Positions 22,503 to 34,400 of a stretch of 64,000 bases of DNA are shown in pieces. Source of the stretch: Mantamonas sphyraenae STR306 (lineage: Eukaryota; Protista; CRuMs); assembly GCA_026936335.1 (NCBI GenBank), contig JAPMXV010000047.1, positions 1 through 64,000 of the forward strand, read 5' to 3'. Made by a program: the position numbers and the translations under genes. Below the pieces are notes generated by a model. That model had not been told where the DNA came from. It did no database searches and saw only the letters and a program-made list of their open reading frames with translations. Position 1 is the first letter of the stretch, and every line of letters starts with the position of its first letter.

Positions 22503-23792
22503 ATGACAGCGCGGCAGACAAAACGCATGGTAGCCATCGACATGAGCAAACAGGGAGACTGGGAGGCGCAGGCCGAGGCTCTGGTGGAGGGGAGAGAGCA
22601 AGCGTACGACCTGGACGTGTCACGCAACCTGCTGTCTGCACACGACGCACGCGCAGTCGCTCGCTTGCTGCGTCGCTCGACACAGTTGCACACGTTGGAG
22701 CTCGGCGAGAACGAACTGGGACGTGGCGGCGTGATATCCATTGCCAGCGCCCTGTGTGTCAACACCACCCTGCGTGTGTTGCATCTGGAGGCAAACGAGC
22801 TGGGTGTGGACGGTGCACGCGCATTGGGACGGATGTTGGGAAAGAACAACACGCTGGCATGCCTGTATCTGGGCAACAATGATTTGGGGGACAGCGGTAT
22901 GGAAAAACTGGGTGTAGGGCTGATTGGGAACCGCGGTGTGCAGGTGCTGGGTCTGGAGGACAACGACATCGGATACCGTGGCGTTGTTGTGCTGGCGGCA
23001 GTCCTTGTGGAAAACACACGGCTGCACACAGTGAACCTGGACGGAAACAACATGGGCGACTTTGGCGCCATGCTACTCGGCGACGCACTCGTGCACAACC
23101 ACACGGTGCAGCGGCTGGACCTGAGCAACAACGGCGTGGGCGACGACGGACTGGACAGGCTGGGCAAGGCGCTGTCAGGCGGCAACACAGACGTGTGGTA
23201 CCTGGGCCACAGCCAGGAGCTGTGCAACGTGGACGGAGTGAGGGAGAACAGGTGGATGGTCAAGACAATGCTGGAAATGGTGGACAGAGGAGACGCAGTG
23301 GCGGTGGCCTGGGCGGTCAGCGAGCTGAACGTGTCGGTGAACGCGTTCTTTGAAGACAGAACCACACCGTTGATGCGCGCGGTGCAGCGAGGCGACGTCA
23401 GGATGGCCAACATGCTGCGGAGACTAGGGGCAGACGCGGATTTGACCGCAGAGGGGTGGCTGGACGCATATTCGGCGCGGACAATGGCCACTGCCAGAGC
23501 GTGGAGACCAGCGTGGCATTGGTTGTGGAGTGAAGACGTGGACGACGCTGTCGAGACGGTGTTGGTCATGGAGGCAGTGGGAGGAGGAGCAGGAGGAGGA
23601 GGAGCAGGGTGGGTGCGCGTGGGTGAGATGGAGGTGCTGCAGCGCGTGTGCGGTTGGGTCGCACAGTTCGTCGAGGGCTGTGAGAGACGTGCAAAGGGAC
23701 GTGGGGGGCGGAACAAGACACACAGGGGTGTGAGGGGGGAGCGGGAGGACCAGGGCAGAGTGGGAGGGAAGCGGCAGCGTGTGGGAGAGTGA
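22503..23792 (+). CDS. RNI-like leucine-rich-repeat protein with an ankyrin repeat
   Basis: About seven 28-aa LRRs (LHTLELGENELGRGG, LRVLHLEANELGVDGARALG, ...) followed by TTPLMRAVQRGDVRMANMLRRLGADADL. Confidence 0.9.
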   Translation: MTARQTKRMVAIDMSKQGDWEAQAEALVEGREQAYDLDVSRNLLSAHDARAVARLLRRSTQLHTLELGENELGRGGVISIASALCVNTTLRVLHLEANELGVDGARALGRMLGKNNTLACLYLGNNDLGDSGMEKLGVGLIGNRGVQVLGLEDNDIGYRGVVVLAAVLVENTRLHTVNLDGNNMGDFGAMLLGDALVHNHTVQRLDLSNNGVGDDGLDRLGKALSGGNTDVWYLGHSQELCNVDGVRENRWMVKTMLEMVDRGDAVAVAWAVSELNVSVNAFFEDRTTPLMRAVQRGDVRMANMLRRLGADADLTAEGWLDAYSARTMATARAWRPAWHWLWSEDVDDAVETVLVMEAVGGGAGGGGAGWVRVGEMEVLQRVCGWVAQFVEGCERRAKGRGGRNKTHRGVRGEREDQGRVGGKRQRVGE

Positions 23793-23864
23793 AGGAGGGG
23801 AGTTGTGCAGAAGAAACGGTGCGTGACATGACAAAGGGCGGCCCACTACGGTGAAGATTACAGC

Positions 23865-24662
23865 ATGGAAACAGATTCATTCCCGCTTACCGTCTCCGCG
23901 GTTGGAACTTTTGCTTTGTTGCACACAATACAACCGTATCTGTTCAGCCGACAACTGTTTTCCGTGATGAGCCGACTGATGCATGACATTGTGCAAATTC
24001 ACAAAGATATGAAACAGCTTGGACTGCAAATAAGGAACGCCTACGAGTGTGTGGCTGAAACCTCGCTGCTTCTCCACGCGCGGCTCCAGGACCTTCAGAT
24101 ACTGAAATCGAGGACCCTTTCATGTGAACGGAACGAACAGGCTGGCAGTGGTCCGTTGCGTGTTAGCGCACCGTCCGGAAAGAAAGAGAAGGGTGTCGCT
24201 GGGCGGCGTGGAAGAAAGCGCGCTCGCCAGGTCGCCTCGTTGGACGCTGAAAACGACCACATGTGTGTATCATTGAAACGGCAACGCGTGGAGTTGCATA
24301 TAACTCCAGGCATGCATGTCATGATGTGCTTGATGCTGATTTCTGGTGTAGAGAGACCCTCGTTGTCGGACGAGCTCCGGGTGCTTTGCCCTCTTGGGTT
24401 CGCCTGGTCCGTTGATGACAACAATGACCCACGCGCTCTGTACTGGAAGCAACTGGAACGAATCCTTCACAAGCACCGGTGTCTCGGAACGGCACAAGAC
24501 GGAGTCATTTGCATGCGAGCCGATACTTGCTCGGTTGACAACATCCACGACGCATTGTCGCCAAAATGGGTTTGGACAGAGGTGGACGGAGCGAGGCAGG
24601 AGCTCTCCTCGTCTATTTGCCTTTACATCCAAGCGCTGTTTCTCCAGCTGGGCTATCGGTAA
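23865..24662 (+). CDS. Hypothetical protein with coiled-coil and NLS-like motifs
   Basis: 265-aa ATG ORF with RRGRKRARQ and LKRQRVE; identical in both arms. Confidence 0.55.
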   Translation: METDSFPLTVSAVGTFALLHTIQPYLFSRQLFSVMSRLMHDIVQIHKDMKQLGLQIRNAYECVAETSLLLHARLQDLQILKSRTLSCERNEQAGSGPLRVSAPSGKKEKGVAGRRGRKRARQVASLDAENDHMCVSLKRQRVELHITPGMHVMMCLMLISGVERPSLSDELRVLCPLGFAWSVDDNNDPRALYWKQLERILHKHRCLGTAQDGVICMRADTCSVDNIHDALSPKWVWTEVDGARQELSSSICLYIQALFLQLGYR

Positions 24663-24729
24663 GCGGGCGCAGGAATGCATGAGGGAAATGTGCCAATGTG
24701 ACCCTCCACGTAGATGGCCGTCTGGGAGC

Positions 24730-26338
24730 CTACCCGGGTTTGAATCTCCCCCACAGAGTAGGCCAAGCAGGTGCAAGCACAATGGAGCCCTCGCTTTGCT
24801 TTGTGGGCCACGTATCCGCTGTTGTGATGTTCAACAGCTCGTGGACAGTGTCTTCAACGTCAACTGGTGTCGGAAGCTCGGTAAAAAAGTCCATGCTGCC
24901 ACTGCTGGAAGGGCTACTGTGTCTTGCGCTGCTGCTGTTCGACCGGCTATCGTTGCCATGGCTTGAGGGTGAGCCATTCCTTGCTGCAGTCTTCCAGTCA
25001 TTGTTTGCTTTCAGATTGTGATGGTTTGCAACTGACATCTTGTCATCGACGCCGGTTGTCTCGAATTGCACGTTGCTTGGCGTGGCCATTGTTGTTTGGG
25101 ATGATCGTGTCGAGTAGTTTGGAAACAAAGGCAAGTTAGCCAATCCATCGGCGGACATCTGAGACGCCATTTCAAGATTCCTAAGGTCTTCGGCATCAAC
25201 GTTGTCTTTCGAATTGTGGACAAGGGTGGTCAACATCCGAACGAGCGACTGCGTCCGCATCAGCTTTTCCTGCATCTTGCTCAGCAAGGCACGCTGCACT
25301 TGTAGGTGCACTTGCATGGCCTTTACACCACTCTGTAGCATTTGATTCTCTTTGTGCAGGTGCACAATCTGTACTCGTGGTGTTCCTTTCTCGATGCGCG
25401 TCGCTGTGGGCGATGTGTTCCAGTTTGCCGTCTTTGGCCACTCTTGCCCAGCTGTACTGTCTCTCACGACATGCTGCCGCTTTTCATCGGGGTGACCACC
25501 GTTTTCGTTTGGTTCCTGGTGCATGGTGTGATCTGTGTCGTCGGAGCTGCGCTTTCGCTTCCGGCTCTGCAATGCAGTGCAGGTGTTAGGGATCATACCG
25601 CGTGCACAACGTACGGCTAATGATCACCGTTGAGTCAAAAGCACGTGAAAATGTCCTCTGCGTCGGGATTCTCTCACCACAGCGCAGCGAAACGAAACCT
25701 GCAGCTGACCGTGGAAGAATCTCCACCTTTTCTTCTCCGCCTACCTTTGCGCTGCCTGTGTGTCTTTTGATGCTCCCGATACTGCGTACATCTGTTCGAA
25801 GAAACTTGGGATGGGAAAAGATAGCACTGCCCACTTTCCAGAATCCATAGGCGTTGAGTTGTCGCGCGAAACTCAAATACGACGAGTGGCGGAACACGGC
25901 ACCCAGAACTTCCTCCTCGAGTGCACGGGTGTCATGGACGACGATCCGACAGGAATTTTCAGGGCGCGAGTTCTCTGAACATGGGCCACCCTCAAGGACA
26001 GCCCGGTTACGAGTCTCTTGGCTTTGATGTGTGGTCGTGTTGTTACCGACGGATCGTTCCATATCCCCACAAGGCTCCCAGCCCCAAGAGATGATGTGTT
26101 GTGTGTCCGGATTCTCCAGCATCGTGAATGTTTGAATCAGGAACGTGGGCGTGCCTCTGGGGAAATAGAAGATGCGACCATCCGTTGTGATTGCTTTTCT
26201 CCCTTCTTTTGCAAGCTCTGCAGCCTCGGCAGGGGGTTGTTCAAGCAGCTTGGGTGGACATGATCGCCGATTCACCGACATGCCGTCGGTGGGAGGCGCG
26301 TGTAGAAGAGAGGAATTTGACTTGTGGCGGTCGCGCAT
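24730..26338 (-). CDS. HSF-type transcription factor, two exons (predicted intron about 25567-25744)
   Basis: HSF DNA-binding domain FLIQTFTMLE..IISW..FRHSSYLSFARQLNAYGFWKV..FSHPKFLR..IKR in ORF 25586-26338. HR-A/B-like heptads LHKENQML..QVQRALLSKMQEKL in ORF 24730-25596. Confidence 0.85.
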
Positions 26339-26386
26339 GATGTTGTCGCATTCCGAGATGGAACCAGTGGCTTGTACAAGCTTGTT

Positions 26387-27025
26387 TTAGATATCAGATA
26401 CCTCGCCAGAATTCATTGTCCCCACCTCCAGCCTTGTCATCACCTCATCTGGAAGTGTGCTGCATAGTGCACTTGGCTGGTTTTCCTCCATCCCTCCACA
26501 CGCAAACATCGCCTCCCTCTCCTCCACATTCATCACCAACGCCACCTTCATCGCCTCATCCACCTGTCCAACCCACCCAATCCAATGCCACGCCTTCCTC
26601 CACCCTGCCTCCCTCACCATCTCCACCGTTTTCACCCTCGGCTGCTCACCCCATTCTCTCAACACCTCCGTAATCCTCTCGTCCCGTTCACTCACTGCTC
26701 GCTCCAGCGCGGGTTTCAACTCCACAGGCACACCCCACTCCCTCAGCGCAGCCATCTTCTCCACATCCCCACAATCCACAAACTCCACATGCTGCTTCTT
26801 GTTTATCTCCAACAGCGACTTCAGTGCGTCGTTGTCAACGCCCAGTATCTTGCAGCACGACCGATTGTCTTCCATTGCCTTTGTCAGTGCTTCAGTTCCT
26901 CCTACACTGATGACGTTGTCACCGAGGTACAGACTGTGCAAGCTGCTGTTCTCACTCAGCGCCTGCGCAACTGCTACTGCACCTTCTTCCTTGATGTTGT
27001 TGCTCCAGAGTTATAGCGTCTCCTG
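26387..27025 (-). pseudogene. Truncated LRR protein, paralogue of 22503-23792, with in-frame stop at 27011-27013
   Basis: ETL*LWSNNIKEEGAVAVAQALSENSSLHSLYLGDNVISVGG; shares the WRxAWHW...VDxA..xLVM C-terminal motif. Confidence 0.7.
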
Positions 27026-27376
27026 TGGCAACCTGGGCTTGCACTCAGCGCACCACGAGTCGCATGGTTGACCTCAACAAGGATGGGTTTGTCAACACCG
27101 ACGGGTTTGTGCGCGCCTTTGACGAATGCAACCTCCATGCCCTCGACGATGGACAGTAACACGTGTCGGTTGAGCGCAAGGACGCCTGGCAACGAGGGAC
27201 ACATGCTCTGGGAGGTCCCAGTCGCCTCTTGTAGCCCTATCGGGTGTCGATGTGCACGTGCCTGTCCCCTTCCAACTCTACCTGAACGTGCTGTGTGGGT
27301 GGCATATGGAAACAGAGCCGTGATAGCCACGTGAAAGGCGAGCTTGGTTTTGGGAGGGAAAACCAAGAAACGGGCT

Positions 27377-27664
27377 CTACTCACTCTGACGACACTCACC
27401 AGGCTCTACAGCGTCTCCGGACTCGTCATTCACCCACTGCTGCTTCTCCCCGCGTGCTTGTTGGGAATCTTGCGTGGACACAGTTGCCGTGCTTGCGCTC
27501 GAGTCTTCCGAGCTGGTCGAGAGGGTCCGCTTGCGCTGGAGGCGTGTAACTCTTTGCAACGGAGAGGCTTCCACGTCTTGGATGTCAAGTGCTTGGATGT
27601 CAAGTGCAGGCCAGGCAAGACCCTCGGACGATTCGAGTGTGGACACAGCTTCGTTGAGGGACAT
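27377..27664 (-). CDS. Small hypothetical protein (ALDIQ x2)
   Basis: ATG-initiated ~95-aa part of ORF 27377-27802, with a 15-bp tandem duplication. Confidence 0.4.
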   Translation of the reverse strand: MSLNEAVSTLESSEGLAWPALDIQALDIQDVEASPLQRVTRLQRKRTLSTSSEDSSASTATVSTQDSQQARGEKQQWVNDESGDAVEPGECRQSE

Positions 27665-28406
27665 TGTTGGGTTGGGTAGTTGGACGCAAAGCGGCAGTTG
27701 GTTGAAAATTTGCGTTTTCGTCAAGATTGGATGCAACAAACTCGGTGTTCCTGTACCGACGGGGTCGAGGCACGCCCACGGTTGATGCGCCACCAAACCC
27801 ATTCAATTTCACAAGCAGAATGCGATCACATACCCATAGATATCTGTGGCTGGTCTTGGCCGCGTGTCTGCTGCTGGTGGAAACGGGTGAGTGCGGGAGT
27901 GTCGTCGTTTGGGTTTTTTCGCTCGTTTCCATTCGTCTCCGGACTTGTCCCTTGCAAGCGCGTGACAACCCCCCCACACGGCCCTATGGACCCTCCACGC
28001 TTTCAATGGCACCATGGGAAGTGGGAGCAATGCATGAATCGTGGGCCGGACGATTGCGGGGAGTTGAATGCCTTCTTTGTGTGGTGGCGTCGCTGCGTTT
28101 GGCGAATGCGCCCAGAGGGAAAAAATACCTGGATCCTTGTAGCGGTGGAGCGCCGTGTGCGCTCCACCGCCCCCGCCAGAGTATGGAAGCTGTGTCGATC
28201 GGCACTCTGTTCCGAATGATGATCCCCTGTGCATGCGACGTGTTTGTTTGTGCCCTCCCCCTGCGTGCGGTTTCGTCCCAAAAACGGTTTGACAACCGAC
28301 AAAAACGGCCTCGACGCATGTTTGGCGTGTTTGACTTGCCGTTGTCCTCACACCCGGCGCTTTCCCTCCAACAGGCTTGGCACACAACTCCTACCCTGTT
28401 TCCGAC

Positions 28407-31400
28407 ATGAGTGACCTCGAAGGATCATCTGTTGACGCTTTGTCGGCAGATGAGCTGCCGGAAGAATTGGAGTTTGTAGATGCTGACTCAGAACCAGAAA
28501 GTGTCCTGGACATGGACACCGAAGTGGCTAGCATTGAGGCAGCCGAGGACCAGAAATCATTGCAACAGCGATGGGATCTGGCCGATGGTGCGGAAGCTGT
28601 GGACACCCAAAGGGAGGAGTATCTCGTCCCGGAGGAAATGACCGACGCCGAGTTTTTCCATATCGGAGAAAACTTATCAAGTGATTCGTTGAAACTCGAG
28701 GAGCATGACACCCTGCCCTTTTACGGCAAGGTGCCAGTTCACACGTCGATTTCAAAGGAGACGCTTGTGCGCACTTTTGTGCGTGGCAATGTCAAAACGC
28801 ATCCCAGCTGGCTTCAGATGCAAGAGGGCATGCACCATCACCTGAACCAGGTGGCAAAACCTCTCAATGCACGTCTGGCCCGAGGCGCTTTGGCCATGGT
28901 GCAGAAGCATCTGGGAGGCCACATTCAGCGCATGATGGCTGAGGGTCAGCGGTCGTCGCACATGGACTTGGAGGACATGTTCGTGAGCGACGACGATGAC
29001 GATACAAGCGAGGACGCTGATGATGATGTGATGCAGAAAGGCAAACTGATCGAGGGAACAGACCAGCAGTCGTTCCTGAAGCACGTCGAATCGTTGCAGC
29101 AGCTGGCCCAGGACGGGCTCGTGGTTTACGGAGACCCGAGTGAGGGCGTGTTTGCCGCCACGTGTGAGTTCATGGCTGCACATCGTGACCAGGTGCATGT
29201 GGGCTCGGTGTTTTCCATCCCCAGTGGGTTGTACCGTGTGACGCACATCACCCCACCCAAGGGCAAGCCTGCGTGGACCCAAGGCCAAACTGTGCATTGC
29301 GACATCGCGTCGCTGCCTTATCATCTCACTTGCGTGAATGCAGACCTTGAGGACGCCATCGAGGACGCATCTGTCCACGTGGAGGTGACGGATCTGAGCA
29401 GCCTGTCGCGCAACGAGGAAACCGGAGAGGTGCAGGACTGGAGCCCGAATGCTCGTGCCGCTCGCACGAACCAGTTGCTTCGGAAGTCTGCACAGCGCCA
29501 TGACTACGTTGCTGCGCTGAACCGAGCGGACGACGTGGCTGAAAAGGCGTTGCTCGCCATTGAGCAGCACGGACGCGACCTGGACGACGTGTTGCTCCAG
29601 GACCGCGAAAACCTCGAAAAACGTGGTGTGGCCATGTACACTGGCGCTCGCGATCGCTACATGGATGTGGTCAAAGAGTATGCGCAGCGAATCTTTGACG
29701 CACAACGCAACCACATCAAGGCAGCGGCTCGCCTCCATCAAGCGTTTGCACAGTCCATGCAAAACACAGACGAGGAGGCGATGGATGATGAGTTTGATGA
29801 AGAAGCCATGGCGCAAGGTGACGATGATGATGAGGAGGAGGAGGACGAGGAGGAGGAATTGGAGGACGAGGTCGAAGTGCGTGACTTTTTCTGGCGCAAA
29901 GTGGCAAACGCTTTCAACAGCATTGGCGAGAAGCTGAAGAAGACGTTTAAAGCAGTCAAGTCGTTTGCGGAGAACGTGTACAATAAGGCTGCGGGCGCCC
30001 TGAAGCAGGTTGCAAACAAGGTGAGCAACTTGGTACGTTCAGCCGTGAATGCGGTGGTCAAAGCGGCCAAGGCAGTGGTCCGTGCTGTCAAGGAATTTGG
30101 TGAGAAGGTGGCTAGCGTGGCCAAGAAGTTTGGCGAGGCGGTCAAGAAGGCTGGCGAGGCGTTTGCAGACAAGATGAAGGAAGTGGGCGAAAAGATCAAG
30201 AGCACCGCAGTGGCGATTGGCAAGTCTGTCAAGCGCATTGCGGTGGTTGCGTACAAGTTGGCCAAGTTCTTCAACCAAGTCGCGCATGGCGGCTCGGCTG
30301 ACTTGGATTTGGACGAGAGTTTGTCGATTGGCTTTTCGGTGGAGAACATCGACTTTGGCAATCATCCGGACAAGTTCATGGACATGTGGAAAGAAAAGCG
30401 TGCTGAGGACAAGAAGAAGCGTGATGCAGCTGCAGGCAAGCCGGAGAAGCCGGAAAAGAAGAAGAGCAAGGCCAAGCCGAGCCTGCAGGTGATGCTGCGC
30501 ATCATCAAGGCCAAGATCATGCTCAAACCCACGCTTGTACTGGCCATCAAGATGAAGAAGTTCATGCCGCAGTACGTCAAGGTGGAGTTCCGTGGTGAGC
30601 TCGACATTGAGCTGCGCACCTTTACGCAGATCAACGCCGAATGGAAGTTTGAGAAGGAGAAGCTGGTGGGCAACAAGGCGATCACGACCATCAAGTTTGC
30701 CATTGGCCCGGTGCCTGTGTGGATCAGTGTCAAGGCGCAGTTCTACCTGGGCGTGGGCCTGACCATCAAGGCCGGCATCCAGTTCCGATACGGCGGCCGC
30801 GTGCACGGCAAGTGGCGCATTGGTGCGCACGGCGACATGAAAACCAAAAAGACCGGGTTCGTGAACAAAACGGAGATCAAGAACACGTTTGGCAAGCCGA
30901 ACGGTTTCCGTCCATGTGCGTCTGTGGAGCTGGAGGCGTTTGTGCGCCCGCAGGTGGCCTTCCACATGTACCACTCGGCAGGACCCACGCTGGGCTTTGA
31001 GCCGTTTGCAGTGCTGACGTTTGTGCCACAGGGCGCAACCGCATGCATGGCAATCACGGATTCGGGCGACATGGTGACGGCGGAACAGGAAGAGGTGGAG
31101 GATGAGGTGAACGACGGCAACACGTTGACGTTCGAGGCTGGCATCCGTGTCAAGGCCGGTATTCAGATCGTTGTTGTGAAGAAGATGCTGCTGGACGAGA
31201 ACATCCCCTTGTTTGAGAAGAAGTGGGAGCTGTTCGAGTTCAAGCTGACCGTTCCGACCAAGAAGGTGCTGAAGGCCATGAGTGGAATCGGAAACGTTCG
31301 CAAAATGCTGAACGAGACCAAGGATGAGGAGGATGAAGAGCAGCTGGAAGGGTTGCAAGACGAGGAGGAGGAGGTGGAAGAGGTGCAGCGTCGCGTGGAA

Positions 31401-34400
31401 ACGATTCCCACCGACGAGCTGATGGCAATCCCAGCAGGCATGCGACGTGGAGCATACTACACGGTGCTTCCCAATGTATTGCCCGAAGATGTGGCCACGC
31501 ACGAACTGAAGGACGCGGACAAGCACGACCAGCATCGTGTGCTGGACGACGCCGATGCCATTGTGGACGAGGCGCTGACTCGTCGTGTGGTGCGTGACGA
31601 AGTGCGCGATATGGATCGCATGGATAAGCGCATGCACAGGGGCGATCATGGAGTCAACTGGTATCAGGTTGAGATCGACACCGGTGCGCGACGGGACGAA
31701 CGTCGTATCCGAGAGGCTGTGGCGCACAATCGCCTCAACTCGTTGACATTCGAGCCGAAATCGTTTGACAACAGCCCGTTGCATGGATTCTGGTTGCTGC
31801 ATGGACACAGCCAGATGCGCAAGGAACGCTTCATGCTGCGTGCGCAACTCTTCAGGAAGCGCTTGGAAATGTTGGAGCGCGGGCGAATGGGCGATGAGTC
31901 CATGCGCAATGCGTTCCATGCCCAAGCTGTAGAGCTTGCCACGCGCGTGCGCATCTTGGACCTGCGCCTCCTCAAGGTCGACCAGTTTGAGCAGTTGCGT
32001 CGACGCCTCACCGATGAGTTCCGCAACAGGCAACAGGATTCAACCAGTCAAGAACACAAGTTGATGGAATACCAGTCGGATTACCGCAAGGAAATGGACG
32101 AAGCGAGACACTACGAGCGCTTGGTGCTTCAATTCAAGCTAGTGCGCGATGCCGACGAAAGAACGCAACGTGCGATGAGAGGCATTGCCGACAAGCTGAA
32201 TGACCAGCTGGAAGTGGTAAAACGTGCCTCCTCGCGTATCGAGGAGCAGTCGAGAAAGGTGGAACATGCTCTGGAGGCGATGAAAGAAGCGCGAGATCGG
32301 TTGGAATTCCTTACCAAGGTGTCATCGATGCAGGCGACAGCCAAGGCACGCATGGAAGCACACAAAAAGGTGGTGGACCTGCTGCATTCACAGCCTGTGC
32401 GTGAATTGCGTGCGGCGGGTCGCAAGGCGCAGCGCTTGCACGCCGCGGCCGTGATGGACCTTGTGAACGTGGAGAGGATGATGTTGAGTGAGGAAAAGCG
32501 GAAGGAACTTCGTGGCTCGGCTCGTGTGATGCTTGTGGATGCGCGCAAGGTGCTGGACGCAGAGTGGCGGCTGAGCGAGCGGATCAAGTCCATGGTTGCG
32601 AGCGCAGGTCTGAACTGGACACCGATCGAGGCTATTGGGTCGCCGTACCGCCGTCTGGTGGAGGAATTGAATGCGCGCACCGAAGCAGCGGCTGTTCGCA
32701 AGCACAAGACTCTGGTACCGCAAGCGCGATGCTACGTGGCCAATTGGTGGCATGCGTTTGACCGCAAGGGCACAGTGTCCTGTCGCAAGGGCTATGCGTT
32801 GGTCGCTTTGCGCAAGAGCAAGTGCAACGCGCTGGGATGCCTGGAAGAAGGCCAATGTTGCGGGTACGAAACCGAAGTGGCAACGAAGCACGTGGCCAAT
32901 TGGTGGGGATCGCTGGATCGCCGTGGTTGGTCGTCGTGTCCCAAGTACTACGCGCTCAGTGGCCTGATGCGCAATGGGTGTCACGGGTTGAATTGTCTGG
33001 AGGAAGGCGTGTGCACAAAGATGGTGACGGACGAGTGTGTGACGCAAGGGCACTTCTTCGGTCATGCCGGTTGGAATGCATGCCCTGCTGGATATGCGCT
33101 GCATGGCGTGTACCGTGACTCGAGTCACGGAGCAGGCAACCTGCAGAACTTGAGCACGGTGTCGTGCTGCAAAGTGCGCGATGCATACGAGCTGCCGAGC
33201 GCGATGCAGAAGAGCGTGATGCAGGTGGCAACCGTGAAGAAGCACAACGCAAACATGAAATGCTACGAGGCAGACTGGACGACCAAGTTTGACCATCGTG
33301 GCACCGCCAAGTGCCGTGCAGGCTTTGTGCTCATGGGGATGTTGAAGAATTCGTGCAACGGCATCGGATGCATCGAAAAAGCCATGTGCTGTGGCTACGA
33401 CAACGCCAAGGCAACCACAAAGGTGGCCAACTGGTGGAGCAAGCTGGATCAGCGAGGCTGGGCGTCCTGTCCACGTGGTTTTGCGATCAGTGGCCTGATG
33501 CGAAACTCGTGCAACGGATTGAACTGCATCGAGGAGGGCGTATGCACAAAGATGGTGACCAACGAGTGTATCACACAGGGAGGCTACTTCCGCCACTCTG
33601 GTTGGAGCAAGTGTCCTTCTGGATATGCGCTCCATGGCGTGTACCGTGACTCCAGCCATGGAGCAGGCAATCTGAAGAACCTGAGCACCGTCAGTTGTTG
33701 CAAACTGCAATCCGAGGGTTCTTTGGATGTTTCGTTCCGCCATGCGCTGGCTCACATGCGGCATCAAGAGGCCGAGCGCACGCAACGCGAAGCCAAGGCA
33801 AAGGCAGCCCGCGAAGAGTATGAGAGCAAGAAGAAGTTGGTGCAACAGCAGTGCTATGTGGCCAACTGGTGGCATGCGTTTGACCGCAAGGGTACTGTCA
33901 AGTGCCGTCCGGGGTATGCTCTGATGGGCATCCGCAAGAACAAGTGCAACAAGCTGGGTTGCATCGAAGAAGGCAAGTGCTGCGGCTACGCAACGACCCG
34001 TGCTCCTCACACCAAGATTGCCAACTGGTGGAGCCAACTGGACAAGCGTGGCTGGGCATCGTGTCCGAGCGGCTACGCGATCAGCGGGTTGATGCGCAAT
34101 GACTGCGATGGCCTGAATTGCCTGGAAGAGGCAGTGTGCTCCAAGATTGTGACTGGGAAGTGTGTGACGCAAGACAACTTCTTTGCTCATGAAGGTTGGA
34201 GCAAGTGTCCTCATGGATACGCACTGCACGCAGTTTACCGCAACTCGAACACGGGTGCGGGTGGGTTGAACAACCTCAGCACCGTGAGTTGCTGCAAGGT
34301 CCGTTCCGTGAACCAATTGGATGAGAATGTGCGCAAGGGAGCCATTGAAGCAGCTGTCGCAGCCAAGCGCAAGGCGGAGGAGTTGCACCGCCGACACAGC

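Larger units (their letters stand above)
14615..27764. repeat. Left arm of giant inverted repeat (at least 13.1 kb; true outer end not determinable)
   Basis: Every ORF mirrors one in 50850-64000 with coordinate sum 78614-78615. Identity breaks after ...ctgtaccgacgggg at 27764. Confidence 0.97.

Noticed and set aside
22484-23716. 410-aa Ser/Thr/Pro-rich minus-strand ORF (also 14776-15942 and the mirror copies)
   Set aside because: Antisense to the well-supported LRR-ankyrin and helicase genes.
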